Shown: positions 24,571-36,679 of the stretch, in pieces
Layout of the letters: each line of letters begins with the position of its first letter
Position numbering within the stretch: position 1 is the first letter of the stretch
Assembly (NCBI GenBank): GCA_034780895.1
Contig: JAUZTB010000087.1
Location: 53,462,186 to 53,526,185 of the forward strand
Direction: 5' to 3'
DNA: 64,000 nucleotides
Origin: Rhynchobatus australiae
Lineage: Eukaryota
Notes under the pieces: generated by a model
Databases searched by the model: none
Told to the model about the DNA's origin: nothing
The model's input: only the letters and a program-made list of their open reading frames with translations
Made by a program: the position numbers and the translations under genes

Positions 24571-24719
24571 CCACTGTTTACATGCCTCGTTGGATGATTG
24601 TTCATACTGACTTCAATGAAGAGCAACATTCAGTATTGTGCCCTGGGAATTTTTACAATCAGATCCAAACTAAAACAACATTGGTGTAAAAAGTGTTTCT
24701 TATCCAACCCTTTGTTAGC

Positions 24720-24960
24720 ACTAACCAACATGGTCCTGTATTCCATCTGCCTTAATCTTCATCCAGAACTCCCTTTTTTATGTCCTAACTTGTATGAAAT
24801 CCCATTCACACAGCACCCGGACTTTGCTGACCTAAATGGGCTCCTTTGATTTTAAAATCCACTTGTATTCTAATCCTTCCATAGCTCCTGACCATCCCAT
24901 CTCTGAGATTTCCACCAACTTGATCATTCTCCAAAAACCCCCACAGTTCGAGCACCTGTC
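24720..24960 (+). mobile_element. L2-clade LINE ORF2 C-terminal remnant
   Basis: 'tttgctgacctaaatgggctcc...gattttaaaatc...ccttccatagctcctgacc' approximates the L2 motif LADLHWLP..RIDFKI..KSLHGLAP. Confidence 0.55.
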
Positions 24961-24961
24961 T

Positions 24962-25001
24962 CTCTTTTCAATTTCTGGTGAAGGGTCTTCAAACTGAATC
25001 A
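24962..25001 (+). mobile_element. Penelope-like terminal repeat start, running into a gap
   Basis: 'ttctggtgaagggtcttcaaactgaatc' nearly matches 26830-26860. Confidence 0.5.
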
Positions 25002-26814
25002 NNNNNNNNNNNNNNNNNNNNNNNNNNNNNNNNNNNNNNNNNNNNNNNNNNNNNNNNNNNNNNNNNNNNNNNNNNNNNNNNNNNNNNNNNNNNNNNNNNN
25101 NNNNNNNNNNNNNNNNNNNNNNNNNNNNNNNNNNNNNNNNNNNNNNNNNNNNNNNNNNNNNNNNNNNNNNNNNNNNNNNNNNNNNNNNNNNNNNNNNNNN
25201 NNNNNNNNNNNNNNNNNNNNNNNNNNNNNNNNNNNNNNNNNNNNNNNNNNNNNNNNNNNNNNNNNNNNNNNNNNNNNNNNNNNNNNNNNNNNNNNNNNNN
25301 NNNNNNNNNNNNNNNNNNNNNNNNNNNNNNNNNNNNNNNNNNNGGGTGCATCCTCTTCAACCTCAGGAGATGAAAGCATCAACACACAATGGAATTGCTT
25401 CTGTCCTGTGTAAAGTGGCACCAAAGAGTTGTCCCAGTTGGCAGAACCCAGTAACATTTTTTTGTTCTTCATTCCTTAGTATGTAATGTTATCAAATATA
25501 TAATTAACTCCGGTGAACTATTCACTTTGGCTTTTATTTGCCTGCTGCAGCAACTGATGAGGATTGAGTTGTGATGTAGCGGGGAAGATAATGCAGAGAT
25601 GATAGTATAGGAAGGAGGCTGAAGGAAAACACACATTACACATTTCTGAAGGAAATAAAACAGGCTGCATTTTGCCAGTTTGCAAGCTGTGCTTTTCACA
25701 ATGACCCCTCCCACCGTCTCCCAGTCAGACACCATTTGGCCCTGGTGATGATTAGCTGGCGTTGAAAATAATATTCATTTGCCTTCAATGCTCACAGCTG
25801 TTCTGGGGCTGACTGGGTTTTAAATCGGTCCATTTAGAGGATATCAAGACGACAGCAAGGTGATGTGCCCTTCCTTTATTATCACTGGGTCGCTCCAGAA
25901 AAGATCTTGTTGAGGTCGGAGCACGGCTGTGAAACCCCAGGATTCAGGACTGCGACCTCATTCCAAAACAAGGCTTTTCCTTGCTTGTCTGCAAATTGCA
26001 CTGCAGACGTGCTGTAGTACATTAATTAGAGCTGGCTTTAACACACTGTGTTCCTCATTAATATCCACAGTCCCTGGTTGCAGACATGGTTGGAAGCAGA
26101 GGGGTGGGGGGAGGTGGTGGTCAGATTGCATCATCCTTTATTGCCTATCATGGAGGGCTCATCGATTTCCTTTTGCAAGGAGATGGGGGAGAGGATATGA
26201 ACACCGCCTGCTTGCCCATCTGTGAGGCTGACACTTATTGATTTGCACTAGTCTTCCATCTGTCCCCAGCTGTGTGTGGGGGCATCAGGGTCACAAGGCA
26301 GCTGATCCTTCCCCAGGCTCAGACTCTCCCCACCTCACCTACCCCATTGCTAATCCAAACGTAATTCCAACTGAACCCCACCCCAGAATCACCAACCGAT
26401 TTTCCTTGAGGCACTTTGTTGATCCCTGCCTTAAAAGTATTGTTTTAATTCAACTTCAGCTCCTGTGAGTGTTTTTTGCATCAAGCTCACACTTACAGAG
26501 TAAAGCTTAATGGAAATTTACAAGCACCTTCTTCAGTTCACTCTCACAACCTGATGTATAATCTCTCTAAACTGCAAAAGAGTTTTCCACCATTTTTAAG
26601 GAGATTTCTGCAGTCAGAGTTGCATTCCTCAAATCCCTGGACCCCATGTCTTTGTACTTTTGCAGTATTACAATGCTTTACCCAAGCTACATTGAGAGAT
26701 CCATTAACAAGGTTGGGTGAGTTCCTTCAATCACCTCCTAAAAATTCCCAAAGCTCCCCCTTGCACCCCCGCCTCCACTCATAGATTTATATCTGCTATC
26801 AAAAAAAACTAACA

Positions 26815-26960
26815 TGTTTTTCTTTCAATTTCTGAAGAAGAGTCTTCAAACTGAACCATTAACCCTGTTTCTCTCTCCACTGATGCTGCCTGACCTGCTG
26901 ATTGTTTCTGGCATTGGCTGTTTTTTTTGGATTTCCAGTATCTGCTGTCTTTTTATTTCT
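26815..26960 (+). mobile_element. Penelope-like terminal repeat, single arm
   Basis: 'tctgaagaagagtcttcaaactgaaccattaaccctgtttctctctccactgatgctgcctgacctgctga'. Confidence 0.75.
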
Positions 26961-27004
26961 ATTGTCTGTGTCAGTTATTCAGTCCGGTTGGCCTTAACAA
27001 TCCT

Positions 27005-27250
27005 ATGAAGCTCTTCAGAGGAGAGCAGGGAGTTCTCCTGCAGCATTGACCAACATTACTACCTCAGTCAAACCACCAATATCAAACAAGCATGTCTCTG
27101 ATTATATGCTATTTATTGGATCTTGCTGCTTATAGAATAACGACTGTTCACTTACATAAATATGGATACAGCACTTCACAGCAATTAACTTCACACAGGA
27201 ATTTTGAAACTTTCCTGATAAATAGAATGAAGCAAATAAAGAAATCAAGG
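27005..27250 (+). mobile_element. Deu-domain SINE remnant
   Basis: 'gagagcagggagttctcctgcagcattgaccaacatt...ggatcttgctgc...gcacttcac'. Confidence 0.5.
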
Positions 27251-27329
27251 TAAAGTCTTGGTGTTGTCTCACAGACAACAATTTATCTTAAGATGAAGCC
27301 TTTCACATTACTGAAGATGTTTTGTTTGG

Positions 27330-28140
27330 AACATAGAGCAGGAAGTAGGAGAGAAGTTAAGGGAAGTAGCAAGTCTGTTGGAGTTGGTCACACCTTAAAA
27401 GGAAGCAGAAGGGGAACAAGAGAGGGGAACCTGCTCCACCATTCAACAAGATTATGGTGGGTCCAATTGTAATTTCATCTCCATGTTCCCATTTACCCAC
27501 AGTAACCTTTTGAAAACACACACTACCAGGCTCACTGACAGCTTCTATCCAGCTGTCATAGGACTCTTGAATAGAATCCTTGTCCGATAAAGATGAACTC
27601 AATCTCTCAACCTATCTCATCATGGCCCTTGTACCTGATTGTCTACCTGCACTGCACTCTTTCTGTAACTGTAACACTTTATTCTGCATTCTGTTATTGT
27701 CTTTTCCTTTGTACTACCTTAATGTACTTAGGTCTTGAAATAATCTGTATGGATGGCATACACTATATCTCTGTACAGGTGGCAATAACAAACCAATTAC
27801 CATTTTCCAATTACCCCTTGCTTATCAACAATACTCAAAGACTCTTCTTCCACCACCCATTGAGAAAGAGAGTTCAAAAGACTCATGATCCTCTGGAAAA
27901 TATTTCTTTACGTCTTCTCTGTCCTGAATGCACAAACCTTATTTTTAAACAGCGACCCCCTAGTTTTATATTCCCCTACAGAACGAAACATCCCCTCCAC
28001 ATCGACCCCATCAAGACACCTCAGGATCTAAATGGTTCAATCAAGTTGCTCCTCATTTTTCTGAAAGCCAGTGGATACAAGCCCAGTCTAATATTTGTCC
28101 ATAAGTCAAAGTGCCCATCAGTCTAGTAAATCTCTCAACT
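27330..28140 (-). mobile_element. CR1 3' end interrupted by a Rex1-like tail (27515-27812)
   Basis: 'cctgctccaccattcaacaagattatgg...cagtaaccttt' resumes at 'accccttgcttatcaa...cttatttttaaacagcgaccccctagtt'. Confidence 0.7.
27515..27812 (+). mobile_element. Rex1/Babar LINE 3' tail
   Basis: 'cactaccaggctcactgacagcttctatcc...catggcccttgtacctgattgtctacctgcactgcac...aaaccaattacc' matches 42300-42608. Confidence 0.82.
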
Positions 28141-28500
28141 GCTTCTTAAAAGAGGAAAGTGAACTAAAAGGAGTAGGCTGTGGGGAAGGGACTGCAGATG
28201 TTAGGGTCTGGTCAGCTAAAGGTGTGGCTGCCAGTGGTGGACTAATGATAACTGGGGACGGTCAAGAAGACAGATGTGGAGGAGCACACAGACTGCGAAG
28301 AGCCACACAGCTGCGAGATTTAGTACAGATCAGGAGACAGTCATGGATCTGTGGAAGACAAGGATGAAGAGTTCAAAATCAAGGCATCACTTGACAGCCA
28401 ACATAATGTGTCAGGGGTTAGATAGGACCTGTGTACCCAGTGCGGCTTTTCGGTAGCAGTGTTTTGGATGAGTGTAAGTTTACAGAGGGTACAGGGAGTG
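28140..28500 (-). mobile_element. L2-clade LINE remnant
   Basis: 'cttcttaaaagaggaaag...ggtcagctaaaggtgtggctgccagtggtgga...catggatctgtggaagacaaggatgaagag' parallels 23553-24110. Confidence 0.55.
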
Positions 28501-28939
28501 AAATTAAAATTTCCCTGCTGCAAAAGGGCACTCCTAAAGTAGAATGATAGAGGCAACCCAATACGACTGCCCTTGAAACATCGGAATCTGGATGACAAAA
28601 TGTGATTCTAATGCAAAATATAATTTTTGCTGGATTTTACTCGGCTATAATTACATCAAAGTCACATTGATTGAGTCATAACACTGTCAGTCACAACAGC
28701 TGAAAGGCAGTTGCACAGAAGTTGAGGAAGGTTCTATTAATTACAATCCCTCACAGCATAGCAATGAGAGCCGTCTGTGCATTTCCCAATGTGATTTACT
28801 ATCATTCATGCCATTTAAACAGGAACATTTGTAATAAGATTTTCTTTAAGTGACTCTAACACTGGACTAAGGCTCATTTATTATTGGTTTAAATATGCAT
28901 TCCTTTCCTCCTCTCCCCTTGGAAGGAAGATTCGTCTGA

Positions 28940-29230
28940 CTCTATCAGTAGCTTCAATGAGTTATATAGACCATGAAGGTCCTGGGTTCAACCCACAGCC
29001 TGGCTTGTTGTCTCAGTCAGCTTGTCAGTAGGAGCACAATACTTGATATCAATGCCCTGGGACTAATAGGAACAAGAACAGTAAAGCAAATATGAGCTTA
29101 TCCATTGTTACCCAGTGTACAATTCCTTGAGTATACCTTACACCAGGGGAGTGATGTGAGAGCAAGATGAAGGGCCAGTTTTAAGACCTTGTACCTCACC
29201 AACTCCTAATCACAACGCGATCACCCTGCT
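28940..29230 (+). mobile_element. Ancient tRNA-derived SINE (LmeSINE/AmnSINE2-like)
   Basis: B-box-like 'gaaggtcctgggttcaacc', then 'gtctcagtcagc...cagtaggagcacaatacttgatatcaatgccctgggacta'. The family name is from memory. Confidence 0.45.
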
Positions 29231-29499
29231 GTAGAAGGGACCATCTGTGAGGGCCGGGTATAGCTATTTAGCTGTTTGCCCAGCATGAAGGCTCTCACAT
29301 TTGGACAGCCAGCAAGACTGCCCCCTGGTTTCTGGGAGTACACGTGATCCATTAAGAAGCCAAGAAAACCTGCAAGAAGTTGATAAACAGAAATGAAACC
29401 CATTCTCCCTCTTCCCTGTTCCCTTGCCAAAAAAACCAAAATGATTATAAAAAAGAATTCCATCATCTCTGTGACAACTATTTTTTGACATGAGTTCAA

Positions 29500-30060
29500 G
29501 ATTATTATTTTTCTGTCGCAATATCAAAAGAGAAAGAGGGGCAATTAACCGTTTGCAGAGGAATCGCAACGCAGGACCCCATAATGGTGTCATTTGCACT
29601 CCAGTCACAAGTGCCTAACGCTCAGTCCTCGCTGTAATTAGGGAGATACACTGTACTAGCTCAGTGACTAATTAGCAAATTATGTTGAAAATAGCATCCT
29701 CCTAATTAACCGTTATTATGGCATTTTCTGAAGTTGTGGCTTTAATTAGCGAGAACCTGATGCATGCGCTTTCAAAATTGCGTTAAAAACATGATCAATA
29801 AGCACTAGAGATTATTATGAAGCGAAAAGCACGGGCAGCTGATTAATTTGCTTTATGCAAAGTTGCTGTGTATTTAATAATATTTTATCTGAGTTGCAAG
29901 AAGCAGGTATAATTCGGTTCCATTAGAAATCGCTGCTATTCATTAGTACAATCAGCTTTGTGTCGGTCCAATCAGAACTCTATTTTTTGGGCTGCAACAG
30001 CATCAAAGTCAAGTGCTGAAAGTTTTAATTAACTGACACTAATGAGGTCATTGAAACTGA
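29500..30060. promoter_or_regulatory. Candidate conserved enhancer with clustered homeodomain sites
   Basis: Repeat-free and CpG-retaining; four TAATTA palindromes (29635, 29669, 29703, 29743), a duplicated AATTAACCGTT, TGATTAAT and ATGCAAAG. Confidence 0.5.
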
Positions 30061-30471
30061 TATATCAGCAATTCAGTACACCGTTAAATGTGTTTATCCA
30101 GGGACTTGTCAAAAACATTTCTTTACCACAAATATTGTCCATTAAAAGTTTATTTCTTGTTTCTCTGGTTTTAGTACCAACACTGAACAGCTTTCTAATG
30201 GTGTCTTTATCTGTAGGAGCTATTTCTGAATTGGTCTTGTCCTTTCTGCAAATTTTCCCAACTCTGTGGCCTCATTCTCCCATGTCTTTGTGACTTCCTA
30301 TAGCTCTACAGAGTGACGGTGTTTTGTAGAAAGTTATTGTGTAGAGAGTCCTGTTTTTAACTTATAGCCAATGCCTATTTAACTAAGTACAATTGGAATC
30401 TTTGGCTGGGGAGAGGGAACAGTGTCGGGGGGTCAATCCAAATATGGCCCAGTGAACCAGGGTGAGTACCC

Positions 30472-30560
30472 ATAGAGCAATACAGCACGGAAACAAGCCC
30501 TTCAACTCAACTTGTCCATGACAACCAAGATGCCCAACTAAGCTAGTCCCATTTGCGTAC
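30472..30560 (-). mobile_element. CR1 extreme 3' tail
   Basis: 'catagagcaatacagcacggaaacaagcccttc...aagctagtcccatttgc'. Confidence 0.8.
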
Positions 30561-31299
30561 TGTAATTTTGGGCATCAGGTCATGGCATTCATGGTCAAAC
30601 AGCCAAAACTGTCCAGTATCCTTCTCAAGAAAGATACTTGAGGCCGTCTGTGACACAACTCCCCAACAACAGCCAACACCATTGGGGGAGATAAGGACAT
30701 CACTAGAGGTAACACAAAGTGATAAAGGTTGCTCCATTCTGATTTACTTGAGGGATGTTAAAGAAAGACCTCAATGGCTACTTGAGATCTATTACCTCCT
30801 TCAAATGTTGTTCGAGTTTCTTGTTAAGTAAGACAGATGATAATTTACTCCCAACCGTGTGACCTCGTTCACAACAGTGTGTGGAGTCCCTTCAGAGAGA
30901 GAGCATCATAATTTAGTGGTCGAGTGTAAAGTGGGCAGGGACAATCTTGTATATGTGGGCTGACACAGGGTCAGAAGGCCAGGTGGTAACATGTGCCAGG
31001 CTTCAGAGTGGACAGTAGGAAGGTATTTAACTCACTGGACCTTTGACCGATGCTTTGTTCATCCTTAGAGCCCTACATCATCTCCCCCACCCCATCCAGC
31101 AAGTGGTGAAGTCTTTTTTACTGCTTAAATGAATATGTGTTTCCAAAATACAATTGAGGGGTTGCCACACTNNNNNNNNNNNNNNNNNNNNNNNNNNNNN
31201 NNNNNNNNNNNNNNNNNNNNNNNNNNNNNNNNNNNNNNNNNNNNNNNNNNNNNNNNNNNNNNNNNNNNNNNGGGGAAGGGAGAGGGGAGGGTGTGTGTG

Positions 31300-31548
31300 T
31301 TGTGTGTGAGTTTATTGCACACTCTCCCGTCACTGAATGGGATCCCCCCTCCCCGGCACTCCATTTTCCTCCCACATTCCAAAAACATGCAGATTAGTAG
31401 GTTAATTGGCCTCATTAAATTACCTCTAGCATGTAGGTGACTGAGAAAACCTGAGGGGAGTTGATAGGAATGTGGGAAGGCTAGGTTACTCTGTTAGCTG
31501 GTGTGGACTCAGTGCTCTGAATGACCTCCTTCTGTGTCATAAGAAAAT
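31300..31548 (+). mobile_element. HE1/V-SINE body and tail
   Basis: 'ttttcctcccacattccaaaaacatgcagattagtaggttaattggcc...aaattacctctagcatgtaggtga'. Confidence 0.75.
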
Positions 31549-32789
31549 AAGGAAAAAACTCCTGACTTAAAATGAAAGTTTTGCAAAGAGTTGATCAGAG
31601 AGAAATAACCTTGTGCCAGATGACCCATGGGTTAAAGTTTTGAACTCGCAATTTAACTGACCACAGTCTATGTTATTCACTAAGTAGATCCCTTTCTAAT
31701 TCTCTTTTTCTCTTTGACAGAGGTTCCACAGTGACTGAGATGTCACACATCTTTTGAATCTTAGATTCTTTTATTTTTCACTGAACTACTGTCCTTTCCC
31801 AGCACACAGTCACTCTGAATAGCTAGGAAATCCTCGATGTCTGGCATCAAGGTTTCGGAGGTCCTGGTGATTTATGGGCTGTCTGTAACACTGACAAAAA
31901 GTTCCATTGCTGCTCTAGTTTCTAAAAGAATCTTCTGAGTTTTATGGTGTCCTAACAACTGAAGCGACTCACCAGTGTTCAGTGCCAAAGCGAGTTGAAC
32001 GCAATAAGTCTACCTCTGTTACCAGAAATACTACTGAAAAAAGGATCAAAGAATTCACAGCTGGAAGAAGTTTCCCCTCAAAGATCTAAAAATTGATAGT
32101 GTCTAGAATGGGTTCTGTGCCTGTAGTATTATTGAACTTAAGCAACACTCAGCCCTTTGTGTTGAAGATTCTTGCCCTTTAACTGCAATAATGCTGAATC
32201 AAAAACTGCTCTTATATTGGGTTTAGTGACACCCTAGGTGGGTAAGCCTATGGCATGCTGGTCTTGCAGTTAGCTAAAGCCCAGAGTAAACCCACCAAGT
32301 CTGATGAGATGAAATGTTGCTCAAAGAAGTTTGGGGAGGATTTGGAAGATAGGCTTGGAAAAGACTTTGATTTTTCCTGGACTTCTCCATACATTGAGTC
32401 AACATCTAAGCTCAAGGTCACCTAAACTGCACTGTGCATCTCAGCTACCATACTTTGCTCCCTCACTCAATTACTAACATTTTAAAGTAAATTTGAATCA
32501 GTTCACGGTCAGCACACCACACTCGTAGCTGGGGAGGTGAGTCAACTGGTTCTCAGCCCAGCCCAGCTCAGATTCCTGACCTGAGTGCTATGATCTCTGG
32601 CCAAAGTATATCTCTAAACGGCTTCCAGATCTTACAGACCTCCAAGTTTCACTATAGTTTTCTTTATATTATCTTCCAAATCAGTTTGCACATCCCTTGC
32701 ATCCTAAATCCCAGGGAACACCTCCAGCAGTGCAAAGTTCCAATATTCTGTCCTCCAAACCACTTCTAAACTTCATTCCCCCCAACATC

Positions 32790-32940
32790 AGTCTTCAGTG
32801 TTTGATGTCCCAATGCAGGATTTTGACCTGAAACGTCAACAATTCCTTTCCCCCCACAAATACTGCTCGAACCGCTGAGTTCCTCCAGCATCTTGTGCGT
32901 TACTCCAGATTCCAGCATCTGCCGTCTCTTGTGTCTCCAG
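32790..32940 (+). mobile_element. Penelope-like terminal repeat, single arm
   Basis: 'gacctgaaacgtcaacaattcctttcccccc...gctgagttcctccagca...ccagattccagcatctgc'; intact GAAACGTC at 32830-32837. Confidence 0.78.
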
Positions 32941-33559
32941 TGTCTGGTAACAGCTCGTCAACGCACTGAGTGGATTACACCCAACCTAACATCAGTTTTA
33001 TCGCACCACAGGACTTCTAATACTAACTCTAGACCCTTTCCACTTTCCCCACCTGATTCTTTTAATTCCCAAAGTTTCCTAGTCAAGCCTATGTGGCTCT
33101 GTCTCGCTTTGTGTCCTTTTGCACGTGCTTTTTGGCTGTCACTCCACAGCTTCAGCCTACCCCATGATGAGTTAAAGTTCCTATGTGATCCAGAATCTAA
33201 TACCATTCAGACAGGCTACAACATGGAAATGGTTATGGAGTTGAGCTATGGCTACGTGTTGTTAGCATTCATGTGAAATCTGACCCTCTTCCAACAGAGA
33301 TCATCACCAAGGGGCATGATTGCATACAGCACACACAGCAGCCCAATTATTTGATTTAAAATGAGGTAACACAAACCTACCAATAAATTTAAGGTGACTG
33401 GTTTATAGTTTTTTTGACTTTTGTCCAATTAATTCTCAGAAAATGTGAAACAAGGAATGGGCACTCGACTCATCAAGCCCACCGTTTACAGACAGCTCCC
33501 ACCATAGATCTTACTCTAAGGCAGTGGGGAATGTGAAAAACTCAAGGAAACCCCTAAAA

Positions 33560-33880
33560 GTGACAGCAGTACCTCAGTGGGTAACTGTACTGCCTCTGAA
33601 TCACAAGCTAGAGTGGGATCGAGCCCCAAACAGAGAGTTGGGTACAAATGTGGCCTCATACTCTTAGTCCAGCACTGAGGGAGTGCTGCCATGCAGATGG
33701 GATGTTAAACAGAGGCAACATCTGTTGTCAGATGTAAAATATTCCATGAAATCACTTCACAAAGTTCAAAGGTGTTACACCTTTAACAAATTGTTGGGCA
33801 CTCCTCATCTTGTCACTGTGGGAGTCCACTGTGCCTAAATCTGCTCTGCTCATTCCAATACTGTGACAGTTACTGTGTTT
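33560..33880 (+). mobile_element. Deu-domain SINE, 5' half
   Basis: tRNA-like head 'cagtacctcagtgggtaactgtactgcctctgaatcacaag', then 'cagcactgagggagtgctgcc...gatgggatgttaaacagaggc'. Confidence 0.6.
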
Positions 33881-34139
33881 CAATGGCCAGTTAGCCCAAT
33901 GGCTGTTCTGAGCCAAATGGTACTGTGGAATTTCTTTTCTCAAACATGATATTTTGAAATTTCCAGTAAATGTTATGGGCAGCAAAATTTTACTGTGGGT
34001 TCCAACAATGACAAACTATATAAGATCTCCAGTTCATAGACCTAATTGGATTTTGTTTGGATTTTCTATTCCAGCCCAGCCTTCTGATTTCTTGGATGAA
34101 TATCTGCCAATTCTCACCATCACTATGCACTATCAAAGT

Positions 34140-34720
34140 GAAGCTGCACTCCAATTTCCCCAAATGTGTCGCTGGTAACCTTTTTGCAGCAGTCGTGAGG
34201 ATTGTTAATCACTCTGCACATTCATTGAGATGATTATGTGAAAAATTTAGATGATTTAAAAGCAAACCCTGTCATAACCCATGACTGGTGCAGCTATCAG
34301 AGGGTTAACAGCAGACTATTAATACCTCTGTCAGGCTTTAGATGTGAGGCTTCACAATTAAATGGCAATCGCTTGTCTTAAACAAATAACTCTTGCTTGT
34401 ATGCGTGTGAGTATAAGTGTTAAATTATATGCCCAGCGGTATTATTTTTAAATGTTACTCAAAACGAAACCAGTTCAAACACAGCAAGGCCAGCCCTGGG
34501 TCATACTGTGCGGAAAGGGGTGGGAAGAGGAACTTTTTCTTTCCCTCAAAAGAAAAATTGCCGTAGGTATTCAGAGCTGACTCACGTCCCGAGCCGTTCT
34601 ATCCTGCCACATCTAAAGAGCAACACTTTGCAGGATTGCTTCTCAAAGGATGCCTTGAGTGCTTCTCTGTGCCTTTAGTGGTTTACACCTTAATCTCGTT
34701 TGCTTGATCTGCCAAAATTG
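34140..34720. promoter_or_regulatory. Candidate conserved non-coding element
   Basis: Repeat-free; contains TGACTCACGT (AP-1/CRE-like, about 34578), TAAT/ATTA sites and retained CpGs. Confidence 0.28.
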
Positions 34721-36079
34721 GGTTACCCCTCAAGTGATTGATATCCAGCAAGTGAAAGGCTGCTCTCTGTCATAATTATATGGCAGAAGTACACACAACA
34801 AAGCCACATGCTCTACAGCAACAGAAAATGCCACAGAATGATGAAAAATGCAAACAGGTTTGACAGCTAAAGATGTTAAGGAACCATGATATCAAGAACC
34901 CCAGGCATGAGAAATGACTTATAGAAAACTAGGCGGCTTTGTTTATTGTTCTGCTTTTCTGTTTTGTTTTTATTTTTGGTATCCCTGAGGGAGGAAAGAG
35001 CAGAAGGCTCATTTTTAAAAAGGGACTAAGATTTGTAGAGAGGAGGGATCGTGGGTGGAGTGGGTCGGGGGTGGAGTCCTTGTATCTGATACCTTCGGTC
35101 TATTCAACTGGACGACTGTGGGAAGTAAGACAGGAGAAGAAATGGAACAAACAATCCAAATAGCTTTTATTCTCTTCTTGATCTGCCATCAGCCTCTGCA
35201 AGCCCTGGTATTCTCTGTCGCCTTGACTGACAGCTGACATTCTTCACTTCATGCATGGGAACTCAGAGCAGTTGATGGTTATCACCCCAGACAAATGTAG
35301 GAAAATGTCAAACCTGGAATATTTCCACACCCCCATCCCCTATGCATTTATGTTCAAGTCTATTCAGAGTTTGTGTTTTGTTCCCTTTATTCCCACAAAA
35401 TCCTTAAACAGCAAAAATGTGAATATTCTCCTCGAGCTCCTGTCGTATTGTCATATCAAAACAACTTAATGAAGAAGGGGAGGGAATTTGCAGTTTCCTC
35501 GATGCAAAGGATGAAAATTAAACAATTAGCAAACAAATAGATTCTCTGTGAAGCTCGAGAGTGGAGTGAGGAGGTACAAACCGAATCATCGTGTACTGGA
35601 TTTTCATAAGAAAAGGCTGGATCACATACCCAGTCTAAAGGTCATATCTCCTCATTGCTGTAAGGTTCCCAGCAACATGAGAAACCTATTGAAGGACCTT
35701 GCATGCATAAATCGTCATACAGAAGGTGTTGCCGATTAAACTATCGTATTTCAAAGGGCCTACAGTAAGTCAGAAAGGAAGAAAGGAGACCTGTGTCTTT
35801 TGTTAGTCAAAGAGCTACAGTAGGCGATAATTAACCCATTTTTTTGTTGAGAAATCCCATGGACAAAAGTCAAAGGATTACCACCCAATCTATTGTTGCC
35901 TCAAGATAAGGATGTTTTATCCCAGTATACAATAAGCCCAGTCAGCTCTGGGAAGATGGCAATTAGAAAACAAACTGCTACTTTTTATAACATGATATAA
36001 TATAATAATATTATTTTAAATATAATTAAAAGGACTGTATATACCCAACTTATTTCTTACTTGAGACCATTGGGGGAAA

Positions 36080-36420
36080 TATTAGCTGCAGTTTTGTGTA
36101 GCTAAAAGGCATCATTTTGTGATTTACTGCTCTCTGCACTTAGGCAAAATATTTATTGGGAAAGATGCAATTATTATTTCATTAATTAATTCTGAAATTA
36201 ATACAAGTACAGGGCATGATTTATGAGTCTGATTAACTTGCTGGGTTGCTATTCTAAGTGCAAAAACGAAATTTGAAAACACTTTCTAAATTGTGAAATA
36301 AATGATCATTTAAAAGCCTCACCTCTGTTCTTTGTTGAGCTAACTGCATTAGAAAACTAGTAAACATTAATTTGTAACAATAATCCTGCTTTTATTATAT
36401 TTAAGTTTGATTTCAAAATT
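36080..36420. promoter_or_regulatory. Candidate Hox/Pbx-type enhancer
   Basis: TGATTTAC (36120), TGATTTAT (36217), TGATTAAC and ATTAATTAAT in a repeat-free AT-rich block. Confidence 0.35.
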
Positions 36421-36679
36421 TCAAGGCATGTTTTCTGGAGCGCTTACATCTAAAACTTTTCTTCTCTGCCTCTCATCTCTCAAATATAATATCAATGGAA
36501 TTCCTCCCCACCAAAGGTCTTCCATCACGCAAAAGGCTATAAGGCTGGTAGAAGCAATCTGTATTTAAATGGTATTTTTTTTTAACACAGTCAGACATCC
36601 CAGGGCATTGGAAATGGAGTCAAGTCAAAGTTAGTCTTCAAGGAAATATTACAGCACCAAACCAGTTCTAAAAGGTAGC

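Noticed and set aside
24978-25472. Long ORFs containing X runs (also 21401-21899 and 49068-49415)
   Set aside because: Artefacts of N gaps.
27593-28126. Longest ORF in the track (177 aa)
   Set aside because: It runs through a Rex1 3' UTR and an antisense CR1 fragment, so it is a chance open frame.
31695-31730. Strong acceptor-like tracts (also about 50733)
   Set aside because: No convincing downstream donor or recognisable coding frame was found.
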